Shown: positions 19,656 to 33,677 of the stretch, piece after piece
How the letters are laid out: the number at the start of each line of letters is the position of its first letter
How positions within the stretch are numbered: the stretch's first letter is position 1
Source: Sulfuritalea sp.
GTDB taxonomy: Bacteria > Pseudomonadota > Gammaproteobacteria > Burkholderiales > Rhodocyclaceae
Length of the DNA: 64,000 bases
Assembly (NCBI GenBank): GCA_030651305.1
Contig: JAUSCI010000073.1
Span: forward strand, 5,155 to 69,154
Direction: 5' to 3'
The notes under the pieces: generated by a model
The model's database searches: none
What the model was told of the DNA's origin: nothing
The model's input: the letters and a program-made list of their open reading frames with translations, nothing else
Program-made: the position numbers and the translations under genes

Positions 19656-21959
19656 TCACGCGTTGAGCGCCAGTTGTGCCGCACGTTCGAGGTTGCGTTC
19701 CAGTTGCAGCTTGCCGCCCTGATACTGCTGCGGCCACGGCATCTCCTTGTAGCCCTGCTCGGCCGCCGCATGCAGCGTCCAGGCCGGGTCGGCCAGGTGC
19801 GGACGGGCCAGCGCGCACAGGTCGGCACGGCCGGAGGCGATGATGGTATTGACGTGGTCGGCCTCGAAAATGTTGCCGACTGCGATGGTCGGCACATCCA
19901 GTTCGTTGCGGATCTGGTCGGAGAACGGCACCTGGAACATGCGGCCATAGACCGGCGCCTCCTCCTTGCTGACCTGACCTGAAGAAACGTGAATGATGTC
20001 GGCGCCGGCCTCCTTGAACAGTCGCGAGACAGCCACCGAGTCGTCGGGCGCAATGCCGCCCGGTACCCAGTCGTGGGCGGAAATGCGTACCGACATCGGC
20101 TTCGCTGCCGGCCAGACTTCGCGCATGGCACGAAACACTTCCAACGGATAGCGGCAGCGATTGTCCAGGCTGCCGCCGTACTCGTCCTGACGCTGATTGG
20201 TCAGCGGCGAGATGAAAGACGACATCAGGTAGCCGTGGGCGGCGTGGAATTCGACCATGTCAAAGTCGGCGCTGGCGGCACGGCGAGTAGCCGCGACGAA
20301 GTCGGCCTTGATGCGGTCCATGTCGGCGCGATCCATTTCCTTCGGCACCTGCGAGGTGCCGCGGATGTAGGGCAGCGGCGACGGTGCCAGCAAGGACCAG
20401 CCGCCCGACTGCAACGGCATGTCGATGGCGTCCCAGGCCAGGCGCGTGGCCCCCTTGCGTCCGGCGTGACCGATCTGCAGCGCGACTTTCGCCGTGCCGT
20501 TGGCGTGGACGAAGTCGACAATGCGCTTCCAGGCTTGCTGCTGGGCGTCGTTCCAGAGGCCGGTACAACCCGGCGTGATGCGCGCAGCGGCGGACACGCA
20601 GGTCATCTCGGTGACAATCAGCGCCGCGCCGCCCAGGCCGCGGCTGCCATAGTGGACCAGATGAAATTCCCCCGGCACGCCGTCCGCCGCCGAGTACATG
20701 CACATCGGCGAAACCACGACGCGGTTGGCCAGCGTCATGCCGCGCAGTTTGAACGGAGTAAACATCGGCGGCACCGGCGTCGTTCCGGAAAGCGCCGGCA
20801 GGCCGCACTTTCCGGCGAACCAGCGGTCGAGATCTTCCGTATAGGCGGGATCGCGCAGCTTCTGGTTGGCATGGCCGACACGCTGGCTGCCGGTGAGCAC
20901 AGCGAAAGCAAACTGCTCCGGCTCCATGCCGACATAGCGTTCGACATCCTCGAACCAGGTCATGCGATTGCGCGCCGCGCTCTGCAGCTTGAGCGCCTCG
21001 ATTTCGCGCTCGGCCTGATAGCGGGCCAGACGCGTCGGCACGTCACCCTCGGTGCTGTTCAACACCTTGACCAGCGCCCTGGCGTCTTCCATCGCCAGCT
21101 TGGTGCCCGAGCCAATGGTGAAGTGCGCCGTATGCGCCGCGTCGCCGAGCAGCACGATGTTGTCCTTGAACCAGTGCTCGCAGAGCACGCGGTTGAACTT
21201 CAGCCACACCGCCGAGCCGCGCAAGTGGCGGGCATTGGAAATCAGGCGGCTGCCGTCCAGCATGTCGGCAAACAGGTTTTCGCAGAAGGCAATCGACTGA
21301 TCGGGGTCCATCTTGTCGATGCCTGCCTTGAGCCAGGTTTCTTCCGGAGTTTCGACAATGAACGTGGCCCATTCCTCGTTGAACTGGTAGGCGTGGAGAT
21401 TGAACCAGCCCCACGGCGTTTCCTTGAAGGAAAAAGTGAAGGCGTCGAGCTTCTTCTTCGTCCCGAGCCAGATGAAACGGTTCCTGCGCACGTCAATGCG
21501 CGGATTGAAGTGGCTCTGGTATTTGGTCCGCGTCGTCGAATTGACGCCGTCGGAACCGATGACCAGGTTGTATTCCCTGGAGTAGTCATCCGGATCCTTG
21601 AACTCGGTCTCGAACTTGAGCTTGACGCCAAGTTCCCTGGCGCGGGCCTGAAAGATCTGCAGCAGCTTCAGTCGCCCGATGCCGCAGAAACCATGTCCCC
21701 CGGACACCATTCGCCGGCCCTTGAAGAAGACATCGACATCGTCCCAGTGATGGAAGTTGCGCTCGATTTCGGCAACCACTGCGGGATCGTCCTGGCGGAA
21801 GCCGTCCATGGTCTTGTCGGAGAACACGATGCCCCAGCCGAAGGTGCTGTCGGCCTGGTTGCGCTCGATCACGGTAATGTCGCAGGCCGGGTTGGCCTGC
21901 TTCATCAGTATCGAAAAGTACAAACCGGCGGGACCTCCGCCCAAACAAACGATGCGCAT
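19656..21959 (-). CDS. abmA: Bifunctional FAD monooxygenase / OYE-like reductase (2-aminobenzoyl-CoA monooxygenase/reductase or salicylyl-CoA 5-hydroxylase type)
   Basis: N-terminal GGGPAG and [23 protein letters not shown] monooxygenase domain fused to [13 protein letters not shown]...EFHAAHGYL flavin reductase; 767 aa. The substrate cannot be determined from sequence alone. Confidence 0.8.
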   Translation of the reverse strand: MRIVCLGGGPAGLYFSILMKQANPACDITVIERNQADSTFGWGIVFSDKTMDGFRQDDPAVVAEIERNFHHWDDVDVFFKGRRMVSGGHGFCGIGRLKLLQIFQARARELGVKLKFETEFKDPDDYSREYNLVIGSDGVNSTTRTKYQSHFNPRIDVRRNRFIWLGTKKKLDAFTFSFKETPWGWFNLHAYQFNEEWATFIVETPEETWLKAGIDKMDPDQSIAFCENLFADMLDGSRLISNARHLRGSAVWLKFNRVLCEHWFKDNIVLLGDAAHTAHFTIGSGTKLAMEDARALVKVLNSTEGDVPTRLARYQAEREIEALKLQSAARNRMTWFEDVERYVGMEPEQFAFAVLTGSQRVGHANQKLRDPAYTEDLDRWFAGKCGLPALSGTTPVPPMFTPFKLRGMTLANRVVVSPMCMYSAADGVPGEFHLVHYGSRGLGGAALIVTEMTCVSAAARITPGCTGLWNDAQQQAWKRIVDFVHANGTAKVALQIGHAGRKGATRLAWDAIDMPLQSGGWSLLAPSPLPYIRGTSQVPKEMDRADMDRIKADFVAATRRAASADFDMVEFHAAHGYLMSSFISPLTNQRQDEYGGSLDNRCRYPLEVFRAMREVWPAAKPMSVRISAHDWVPGGIAPDDSVAVSRLFKEAGADIIHVSSGQVSKEEAPVYGRMFQVPFSDQIRNELDVPTIAVGNIFEADHVNTIIASGRADLCALARPHLADPAWTLHAAAEQGYKEMPWPQQYQGGKLQLERNLERAAQLALNA

Positions 21960-22002
21960 GGGAGTTTCCTCGGGTGTTCTAAACTAGCATGTGATTTAAT
22001 AT

Positions 22003-22031
22003 TTTATATCTAAACGATTATTTGATGTCAA
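22003..22031 (-). promoter_or_regulatory. sigma70 promoter of the abmA cluster, with a dyad over the -10 box
   Basis: TTGACA-17 bp-TATAAA in an AT-rich patch; TTTA-N4-TAAA dyad at 22003-22014. Confidence 0.65.
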
Positions 22032-22188
22032 GCGCCCGGATACCGTGCCTGCACCGATCGCACGATCCGACGACCGGCTCTATCGCAGCTCGGCCATTAT
22101 GATCGAATAGAATATCTCCGCAGTGAGCCGCATCATCCTCTTTCACCCACCCATGCCGCCAGCGAATCGGCCCGAGTCCTGACCTGAA

Positions 22189-23256
22189 ATGAAAACCCTC
22201 TTCATCACCGGCGGCGCCGGCTTCATCGGTTCGGCGCTGATACGACTGCTGATCGCCGAGAGCGACTGGCGCATCGTCAATGTCGACAAGCTGACCTACG
22301 CCGGCAATCTGGAATCCCTCGCCTATCTAGGCGATCATCCGCGCCACGTCTTCAGCCGCACCGACATTTGCGACCGCGAGGCGCTGGACGCCCTGTTCCT
22401 CGAGCATCAGCCGGCCGGCGTGATTCACCTCGCCGCCGAATCGCACGTGGACCGATCGATCCACGGCCCCGGCGACTTCATCGAGACCAACATCAGCGGC
22501 ACCTATACCCTGCTCGAAGCGGCCCGCGCCTGGTGGTCGCCGCTCGATCCCGCCGCCAAGGCTGTATTCCGCTTCCATCACGTGTCGACCGACGAAGTCT
22601 TCGGCTCGCTCGGTGAAACCGGCCTTTTCGTCGAGACCAGCGCCTACCAGCCGAATTCGCCCTACTCCGCCTCAAAGGCCGCCTCTGACCACCTGGTGCG
22701 CGCATGGCATCACACCTACGGTCTGCCGACCGTGATCACCAACTGTTCGAACAACTACGGTCCCTGCCAGTTCCCGGAAAAGCTCATTCCCCTGATGATC
22801 CACAACGCCGTTTCGAACAAGCCTTTGCCTATCTACGGCAAGGGCGACAATGTGCGCGACTGGCTCTACGTCGATGACCACGCCCGCGCCCTGCGCCTGG
22901 TCTTCGAGCGCGGCATGCCCGGTGAAACCTACAATATCGGCGGCCACAACGAGAAGACCAATCTCGACGTCGTCGATACGCTGTGCGCCCTGCTCGACGA
23001 ACTCAAGCCGCGGCACGACGGCCACGGCTACCGCGAGCAAAAAATCACCGTTGCCGACCGCCCCGGCCACGACAAGCGCTACGCCATCGATGCGACGAAA
23101 ATCGAACGCGAGTTGGGCTGGAGGCCGCAGGAAAGTTTCGAGTCCGGCATGCGGAAAACGGTGCAGTGGTATCTGGACAACCCTGCCTGGGTCGCCCATG
23201 TCGTCTCCGGCGAATACCGGCAATGGATGGATCGCAACTACGGAGATCGCACGTGA
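22189..23256 (+). CDS. rfbB: dTDP-glucose 4,6-dehydratase
   Basis: [25 protein letters not shown] and NCSNNYGP motifs (RmlB). Confidence 0.96.
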   Translation: MKTLFITGGAGFIGSALIRLLIAESDWRIVNVDKLTYAGNLESLAYLGDHPRHVFSRTDICDREALDALFLEHQPAGVIHLAAESHVDRSIHGPGDFIETNISGTYTLLEAARAWWSPLDPAAKAVFRFHHVSTDEVFGSLGETGLFVETSAYQPNSPYSASKAASDHLVRAWHHTYGLPTVITNCSNNYGPCQFPEKLIPLMIHNAVSNKPLPIYGKGDNVRDWLYVDDHARALRLVFERGMPGETYNIGGHNEKTNLDVVDTLCALLDELKPRHDGHGYREQKITVADRPGHDKRYAIDATKIERELGWRPQESFESGMRKTVQWYLDNPAWVAHVVSGEYRQWMDRNYGDRT

Positions 23257-24149
23257 ACCCGCTGCACAGCACCCGCGGCATCATCCTCGCCGGCGGCTCC
23301 GGCACCCGGCTGCATCCGGTGACGCTGGCGGTGTCCAAGCAGTTGCTGCCGATCTACGACAAGCCAATGATCTACTACCCGCTGACCACTCTGATGCTGG
23401 CGGGCATCCGCGAAATCCTGCTGATCTCGACGCCACTGGATACGCCGCGCTTCGAACAACTGCTGGGCGATGGTTCGCAGTGGGGCATAGCGATCAAGTA
23501 CGCCGTGCAACCCAGCCCCGATGGCCTGGCGCAGGCTTTCATCATCGGCCGCGATTTCGTCGGCGACCACCCTTCGGCCCTGGTGCTCGGCGACAACCTT
23601 TTCTACGGCCATGATTTTGCCGAGCAGTTGCAGCATGCCTCAAGAGTCGGCTCCGGCGCCACGGTGTTCGCCTATGCGGTAAGCGACCCGGAGCGCTACG
23701 GCGTGGTCGAGTTCGACGCGACGGGACGCGCCATCAGCATCGAGGAAAAGCCCAAGACGCCAAAGTCGCGCTACGCCGTCACCGGCCTGTATTTTTACGA
23801 CACGCAGGTCTGCGACATTGCCGCCCGCTTGAAACCCTCCCCGCGCGGCGAACTGGAGATTACCGACCTCAACCGGATCTATCTCGAAAAGGGCCAACTC
23901 AAGGTCGAAATCATGGGCCGCGGCATGGCCTGGCTCGACACCGGCACCCACGAATCGCTGCTCGAAGCCGCCCAGTTCATCGAGGTCATCGAAAAGCGCC
24001 AGGGCCTCAAGGTCGCCTGCCCGGAAGAAGTCGCCTGGCGACAGAAATGGATAGACGACGCACAACTGGCGAAGCTGGCCGAACCGCTGGCCAAGAGCCA
24101 GTATGGGCGCTATCTGCAGAACCTTCTGACACACGGGGTGCAGGGATGA
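23253..24149 (+). CDS. rfbA: Glucose-1-phosphate thymidylyltransferase
   Basis: [14 protein letters not shown]...[16 protein letters not shown]; GTG start overlapping the rfbB stop (GTGA). Confidence 0.96.
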   Translation: MNPLHSTRGIILAGGSGTRLHPVTLAVSKQLLPIYDKPMIYYPLTTLMLAGIREILLISTPLDTPRFEQLLGDGSQWGIAIKYAVQPSPDGLAQAFIIGRDFVGDHPSALVLGDNLFYGHDFAEQLQHASRVGSGATVFAYAVSDPERYGVVEFDATGRAISIEEKPKTPKSRYAVTGLYFYDTQVCDIAARLKPSPRGELEITDLNRIYLEKGQLKVEIMGRGMAWLDTGTHESLLEAAQFIEVIEKRQGLKVACPEEVAWRQKWIDDAQLAKLAEPLAKSQYGRYLQNLLTHGVQG

Positions 24150-24688
24150 AAGCCATTCCCACCGCAATCCCGGAAGTGCTGCTGCTGGAGCCGAAGGTAT
24201 TCGGCGATGACCGCGGCTATTTCTATGAAAGCTGGAACAAGCGGACCTTTGCCGAGCTCGGCATCGATGCCGACTTCGTTCAGGATAACCACTCCAAGTC
24301 GCAACAGAAAGTGCTGCGCGGCCTGCACTACCAGATCCAGCATGCCCAGGGCAAGCTGGTCCGCGTCACTGCCGGTGCGGTGTATGACGTGGCCGTGGAC
24401 CTGCGCCGTTCCTCGCCGAGCTTCGGACTATGGGTCGGCTTCACCCTGTCCGCCGAGAACAAACGCATGGCCTGGATTCCGCCGGGTTTTGCCCACGGCT
24501 TTTGCGTCACATCGGACTCCGCCGAGTTCCTTTACAAGACCACTGATTACTGGAGCCCGGCACACGAGTGCACGCTGTTGTGGAACGATCCGCAACTCGC
24601 CATTCCCTGGCCGCTGACGGGCGAACCGCTGCTGGCGGCCAAGGATGTTGTCGGCACGCCATTCGGCCAGGCCGAAACCTTCGCATGA
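24146..24688 (+). CDS. rfbC: dTDP-4-dehydrorhamnose 3,5-epimerase
   Basis: [26 protein letters not shown] and PPGFAHGF; ATGA overlap with rfbA. Confidence 0.96.
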   Translation: MKAIPTAIPEVLLLEPKVFGDDRGYFYESWNKRTFAELGIDADFVQDNHSKSQQKVLRGLHYQIQHAQGKLVRVTAGAVYDVAVDLRRSSPSFGLWVGFTLSAENKRMAWIPPGFAHGFCVTSDSAEFLYKTTDYWSPAHECTLLWNDPQLAIPWPLTGEPLLAAKDVVGTPFGQAETFA

Positions 24689-25584
24689 ACGAAACGATGC
24701 CATCGGCCAAAATCCTGCTTGCCGGTTGCGCCGGGCAACTTGGCCGCGAATTGAAGCGGTCGCTGGCCTGCCTCGGCAATGTTATCGCCTGCGACCGGCA
24801 CCAGCTTGATCTCGCCCAGGCCGATGCCCTGCGCGAGGCCGTGCGTACCATCGCCCCCACGGTAATCGTTAACGCCGCCGCCTACACCGCCGTGGACAGG
24901 GCCGAAGCCGAGCCGGCCGTGGCCGACACGATCAATGCCGTGGCGCCCGACATCCTCGCCGGGGAAGCGAAGCGGCTGGGCGCGCTGCTGATCCACTATT
25001 CGACCGACTACGTTTTCGACGGCAGCAAGGCAACGGCCTACACGGAAGACGACAACCCTGCGCCCCTGTCAGCTTATGGCCGCAGCAAGCTCCGCGGCGA
25101 ACAGGCCATCGCCGCCTCGGGTGCCCGGCACCTGATTTTCCGCACCAGCTGGGTGTACGGCCTGCATGGCGCCAACTTCATGAAAACCATGCTGCGCATG
25201 GGCCGCCGCAGTTGCGAGACGAGCGATGAACTGCGCGTTATCGGAGACCAGATCGGCGCGCCGACGTGGACGCGCCATCTGGCCGATGTCACGGCCCTGG
25301 TCATCGCCCGCCGCGATATTCCCGGCGGTCTGTATCACCTGACCGCGGCCGGCGAGACCAGTTGGCACGGCTATGCCGAAGCCATTTTCGCCGCGGCGCG
25401 AGCTGCCGGATTGCTGGACAAATCGCCCGTGGCGCGCCGTATCACCAGCGCCGACTATCCACTGCCCGCGGCGCGACCGGCCAACTCGCGGCTTGACTGC
25501 TCGCGTTTCAGGCGCGACTTCGGCCTGGCCCTGCCCGACTGGCGCATCGGATTGATCGATTGCCTCGCCGACGCGCACTTCTAA
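24685..25584 (+). CDS. rfbD: dTDP-4-dehydrorhamnose reductase
   Basis: GQLG, VNAAAYTAVDRAE, YSTDYVFDG and YGRSK; ATGA overlap with rfbC. Confidence 0.95.
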   Translation: MNETMPSAKILLAGCAGQLGRELKRSLACLGNVIACDRHQLDLAQADALREAVRTIAPTVIVNAAAYTAVDRAEAEPAVADTINAVAPDILAGEAKRLGALLIHYSTDYVFDGSKATAYTEDDNPAPLSAYGRSKLRGEQAIAASGARHLIFRTSWVYGLHGANFMKTMLRMGRRSCETSDELRVIGDQIGAPTWTRHLADVTALVIARRDIPGGLYHLTAAGETSWHGYAEAIFAAARAAGLLDKSPVARRITSADYPLPAARPANSRLDCSRFRRDFGLALPDWRIGLIDCLADAHF

Positions 25585-25594
25585 AATGCAGTTG

Positions 25595-25675
25595 GACGCA
25601 AAGACGCAAAGGCGCAAAGGAATTCAAGAACAGAATTCGCCGTTGGTCTACTTTGCGTCTTTGCGCCTTTGCGTC
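25595..25675. repeat. Intergenic inverted repeat with arms of three tandem 8-bp (A/G)CGCAAAG units (element A)
   Basis: Left arm GACGCAAAG-ACGCAAAG-GCGCAAAG (25595-25619), 31-bp spacer, right arm CTTTGCGT-CTTTGCGC-CTTTGCGTC (25651-25675). Confidence 0.92.
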
Positions 25676-25701
25676 GAAAGCACTTAGGATCAATCCCCGA
25701 T

Positions 25702-27678
<1,977 letters not shown>

Positions 27679-27704
27679 AGAACCATGAAATTCAGAATCG
27701 ATTC

Positions 27705-27819
27705 AGCCACAGAGATCACAGAGGACACAGAGAAAAACCCTCGTGTCATCGACACGACTCTATTGTCACAGCTGAAATGGAATTGCTTTATCTCTGTGAG
27801 CTCTGTGTCCTCTGTGGCT
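27705..27819. repeat. Intergenic inverted repeat with arms of three tandem 9-bp NN-CACAGAG units (element B)
   Basis: CACAGAG at 27708/27717/27726 and CTCTGTG at 27792/27801/27810; outer AGC/GCT; the 57-bp spacer contains the hairpin TCGTGTC-ATC-GACACGA. Confidence 0.93.
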
Positions 27820-27833
27820 AAAAGGTTTTCGGC

Positions 27834-30218
<2,385 letters not shown>

Positions 30219-30296
30219 TGCTAGAATCTTCACAAAATTGGCCAATCGGTATTCAGCTGTCGCTTCCCCGGATGGTTAACTCCCACGGAGAATAAA

Positions 30297-30434
30297 ATGC
30301 TTTTCATCCTCTACTACCTGATCGCCATCGTTGTGCTGGTAATGCATTTCACCGGGTTTCTGGCCCGCTACAACGCGGAATGGCTGGTACTCGTGTTGGC
30401 CGTGACCGTATTCCCGGCGGTCATCTACCTGTAG
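30297..30434 (+). CDS. Unannotated 45-aa small membrane protein (two hydrophobic helices)
   Basis: MLFILYYLIAIVVLVMHFTGFLARYNAEWLVLVLAVTVFPAVIYL*; GGAG SD, GC-rich third positions, extended -10 (TGc-TAGAAT) at 30219-30227. Below the ORF-track length cutoff. Confidence 0.7.
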   Translation: MLFILYYLIAIVVLVMHFTGFLARYNAEWLVLVLAVTVFPAVIYL

Positions 30435-30491
30435 TTCGCCGGCCGCTCTCCTCCGCTTCATCGACGCCGGCCTTCTGTCGCCGGCACCGCA

Positions 30492-31916
30492 TCAGCACTC
30501 GCGAATGATGATGCGCTTGACCTGATCCACGGTAGCATCGACCAGTTCGACACGCTGCGGCAGGTTTTCCAGACCTTCAAGTTCTGCCGGCCGCACCGGA
30601 TCACGACCCAGCGCTTCGCGTATCGTGTCGCCGAATTTCACCGCCTGCGCCGTCTCCAGCACGATCATCGGCATGCCTGCAACGCGATGCTCGCGCGCCA
30701 CCTTGACCCCATCGGCGGTATGCGTGTCGATCATCAGCCCGTAACGCTGCCAGACGTCGCGTATCGTTGCCAGGCGATCGGCGTGTGAACTGCAGCCGGA
30801 GACGAAGCCATAGTCCGGCAGGCGTGCGGCAAGCGGTCCGTCGGCGAGACTGAAACTGCCGCCGGCATCGACCTTGCGCCACAACTGGCGCACCATGGCA
30901 GCATCACGGCCGGTCAGATCGAAGATGAAACGCTCGAAGTTGGAAGCCCTGGAAATGTCCATCGACGGACTCGACGTAACGTGCGTTTCCGCCGTGGTTC
31001 TGGGCCGATAGACACCGCTGCGGAAGAACTCGTCAAGCACGTCGTTCTCGTTGGTCGCCAGCACCAGACTGGCGATCGGCAAGCCCATCATGCGCGCGAC
31101 GTGGCCGGCGCAGATGTTGCCGAAGTTTCCCGACGGCACGCAGAAAGCCACCTCCTCGTCATCGGACCGGGTGGCCTCGAACCAGCCCTTGAAGTAGTAC
31201 ACGATCTGGGCCATCACCCGCGCCCAGTTGATCGAATTCACCGCGCCGATCTTGTACTTCGCCTTGAATTCGGCATCGTTGGACACGGCCTTGACGATGT
31301 CCTGGGCATCATCGAACATGCCGCGCACGGCGATGTTGAAAATGTTCGCATCCGGCAGGGAGTACATCTGCGCGCGCTGAAACGCGCTCATCCTGCCTTC
31401 CGGCGAGAGCATGAAAACGCGCACACCATGTTTTCCGCGCATCGCATATTCTGCCGCCGAACCGGTGTCACCCGAGGTCGCACCGAGGATATTGATGGTC
31501 TCGCCGCGCCGCTCCAGAACGTATTCGAACAGATTGCCGAGCAACTGCATGGCCATGTCCTTGAAGGCCAGCGTCGGGCCGTTGGACAGCTCCAGCAGGT
31601 GGAAATCCGGTTCCAGCGAAGTCAACGGCGTGATGTCAGTCGCCTTTGCCGTGTCGCGACTCCAGCGATAGGTCTGCGCGGTGTAGGTCTTGTCGCAGAT
31701 CTCCTTCAAATCCGCCGCAGGGATGTCGTCGACATAGAGCGAGAGAATCTCGAAGGCCAGGTCGGCGTAGGAAAGCTGGCGCCACTCCGCAAGGCGCTCA
31801 GCCACCTGCGGATAGCTGTCAGGCAGGTAGAGTCCGCCGTCGGGCGCGAGACCGCCGAGCAAAATGTCGGAGAAGGACTCGGCCGGAGACTGGCCGCGGG
31901 TGGAGACGTACTTCAT
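30492..31916 (-). CDS. thrC: Threonine synthase
   Basis: MKYVSTRG, GLAPDGGLY, GPTLAFKD (PLP lysine), GATSGDTG and PSGNFGN. Confidence 0.96.
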   Translation of the reverse strand: MKYVSTRGQSPAESFSDILLGGLAPDGGLYLPDSYPQVAERLAEWRQLSYADLAFEILSLYVDDIPAADLKEICDKTYTAQTYRWSRDTAKATDITPLTSLEPDFHLLELSNGPTLAFKDMAMQLLGNLFEYVLERRGETINILGATSGDTGSAAEYAMRGKHGVRVFMLSPEGRMSAFQRAQMYSLPDANIFNIAVRGMFDDAQDIVKAVSNDAEFKAKYKIGAVNSINWARVMAQIVYYFKGWFEATRSDDEEVAFCVPSGNFGNICAGHVARMMGLPIASLVLATNENDVLDEFFRSGVYRPRTTAETHVTSSPSMDISRASNFERFIFDLTGRDAAMVRQLWRKVDAGGSFSLADGPLAARLPDYGFVSGCSSHADRLATIRDVWQRYGLMIDTHTADGVKVAREHRVAGMPMIVLETAQAVKFGDTIREALGRDPVRPAELEGLENLPQRVELVDATVDQVKRIIIREC

Positions 31917-31917
31917 G

Positions 31918-33228
31918 TCAACCCAGTTCTTCCATCCGCAGCCGGATCACCTTCTTCTTCACCACCGGCAGCGCTTCGATTTTCGCCATCGCGGCATCCA
32001 TATTCTTCTCGCGCGTGATATGGGTCAGCATGATGATATCGGTCTGCGACTCCCCCTCGCCCGGCTCGCGCTGGATCATGGCGTCGATGGAAATCTGCTG
32101 GTCGGCGAGGATGCGCGTGATGTCGGCCAGCACACCGGGTTTGTCCTCCACCCGCAGCCGCAGGTAGTAGCCGGTTTCCACCTCGGACAGCGGCAGGATC
32201 GGAATGTCCTCTACCGAACCGGGCTGGAAAGCCAAGTGCGGCACACGGTGCTCGGGATCGGCCGTGTGCATGCGGGTGACATCGACCAGATCGGCGATGA
32301 CCGCCGAGGCGGTCGGTTCGGCACCCGCGCCCTTGCCGTAGTACAGCGTGGCGCCGACGGCGTCGCCCTGCACCAGCACCGCAGTCATCGCGCCTTCGAC
32401 GTTGGCGATCAGGCGCTTGGTCGGGATCAGCGTCGGATGGACGCGCAGCTCTATCCCATCCGGGCGACGGCGGGTAATTCCCAGCAGCTTGATGCGGTAG
32501 CCCAACTGCTCGGCATACTTGATGTCATCGGCAGCGAGCCGGCTGATGCCTTCGACGTGCGCCTTGTCGAACTGCATGGGAATGCCGAAGGCCAGCGCCG
32601 ACAGAATGGTGATCTTGTGCGCGGCGTCGATGCCCTCGATGTCGAAGGTCGGATCGGCTTCGGCATAGCCCAGGCGCTGCGCCTCCTTGAGCACAACGTC
32701 GAAAGCCAGGCCCTTGTCGCGCATTTCGGACAGGATGAAGTTGGTGGTGCCGTTGATGATGCCGGCGATCCACTGGATGCGGTTGGCCGTGAGGCCCTCG
32801 CGCAGCGCCTTGATGATCGGGATGCCGCCCGCCACCGCCGCCTCGAAAGCGACCATGACGCCTTTCTCGTGCGCGGCGGCAAATATCTCGTTGCCATGGA
32901 TCGCCAGCAAGGCCTTGTTCGCCGTCACCACGTGTTTGCCGTTGGCGATGGCCTTCAGCACCAGTTCCTTGGCGATGCCGCAGCCGCCGATCAGTTCAAC
33001 GACAATGTCGATGTCGGGATCGGTGACCACCGAAAATGCGTCGTCGGTCACCTGCGCCCGGCCCGCAGTCACTTGCCGCGCCAGTTCGATATTTTTGTCC
33101 GCCACCCTGGTAATGCGGATCGGACGTCCGGCACGGCGGGTGATCTCCGCTTCGTTGCGCGCAAGGACCGTAAAGGTTCCGCCGCCGACGGTACCGATGC
33201 CGAGGAGTCCTACGTTGATGGGTTTCAT
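31918..33228 (-). CDS. hom: Homoserine dehydrogenase
   Basis: GLLGIGTVGGG, HVVTANKAL, FEAAVAGGIP, GIINGTTNFIL and a C-terminal ACT domain. Confidence 0.96.
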   Translation of the reverse strand: MKPINVGLLGIGTVGGGTFTVLARNEAEITRRAGRPIRITRVADKNIELARQVTAGRAQVTDDAFSVVTDPDIDIVVELIGGCGIAKELVLKAIANGKHVVTANKALLAIHGNEIFAAAHEKGVMVAFEAAVAGGIPIIKALREGLTANRIQWIAGIINGTTNFILSEMRDKGLAFDVVLKEAQRLGYAEADPTFDIEGIDAAHKITILSALAFGIPMQFDKAHVEGISRLAADDIKYAEQLGYRIKLLGITRRRPDGIELRVHPTLIPTKRLIANVEGAMTAVLVQGDAVGATLYYGKGAGAEPTASAVIADLVDVTRMHTADPEHRVPHLAFQPGSVEDIPILPLSEVETGYYLRLRVEDKPGVLADITRILADQQISIDAMIQREPGEGESQTDIIMLTHITREKNMDAAMAKIEALPVVKKKVIRLRMEELG

Positions 33229-33677
33229 TTCAAGGTTTTCCTAAAGCTGAACGCGGGAATTACCAGACCTTCCCGAAAGTAAAAACGATGCGCGTCGGTG
33301 CGCTGGGTTCCCGAGTCGAGTGCCAGCACATCGCACTTCAATTTCCGCGCATGTCGTTCCAGATGCTGCAGCAAGGTCCTGCCGACACCTCGCGAGCGAT
33401 GTGCCTGATCGGTCACCAGATCATCCACGTAGAGCCGGCGACCCTCCCAGGTATTTTCGATCACGCGCCAAAGCGCGACACCGCGCACGGCAGTGCCTTC
33501 GGTGGCGACGCTCATGCACGCGCCGTTGGCGAACACCGAACGCAGACGTGCTGCGTAATCGGCCGGCAAGCCCGGACGCAACTGACGGTGCACCGGCTCG
33601 GCGCGGCCGAGCCAGGCCGGCTCGACCACGCTGCCATCGTCGCCGGTAACGTCGATCACCAGAAACTCAGGTGCCAT
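33225..33677 (-). CDS. GNAT family N-acetyltransferase
   Basis: LYVDDLVT...RSRGVGRTLL acetyl-CoA motif, LDSGTQRTDAHRFY; start placed at ATG 33677. Confidence 0.88.
   Translation of the reverse strand: MAPEFLVIDVTGDDGSVVEPAWLGRAEPVHRQLRPGLPADYAARLRSVFANGACMSVATEGTAVRGVALWRVIENTWEGRRLYVDDLVTDQAHRSRGVGRTLLQHLERHARKLKCDVLALDSGTQRTDAHRFYFREGLVIPAFSFRKTLK

Noticed and set aside
22021-22031. TTGATGTCAA as an FNR box
   Set aside because: It lacks the TTGAT-N4-ATCAA spacing and is better explained as the minus-strand -35 (TTGACA).
25575-25685. GCACTT direct repeat flanking element A as a possible 6-bp target duplication
   Set aside because: Removing the interval would fuse rfbD in frame to parE, an implausible ancestral state, and B and C show no equivalent duplication; probably chance.
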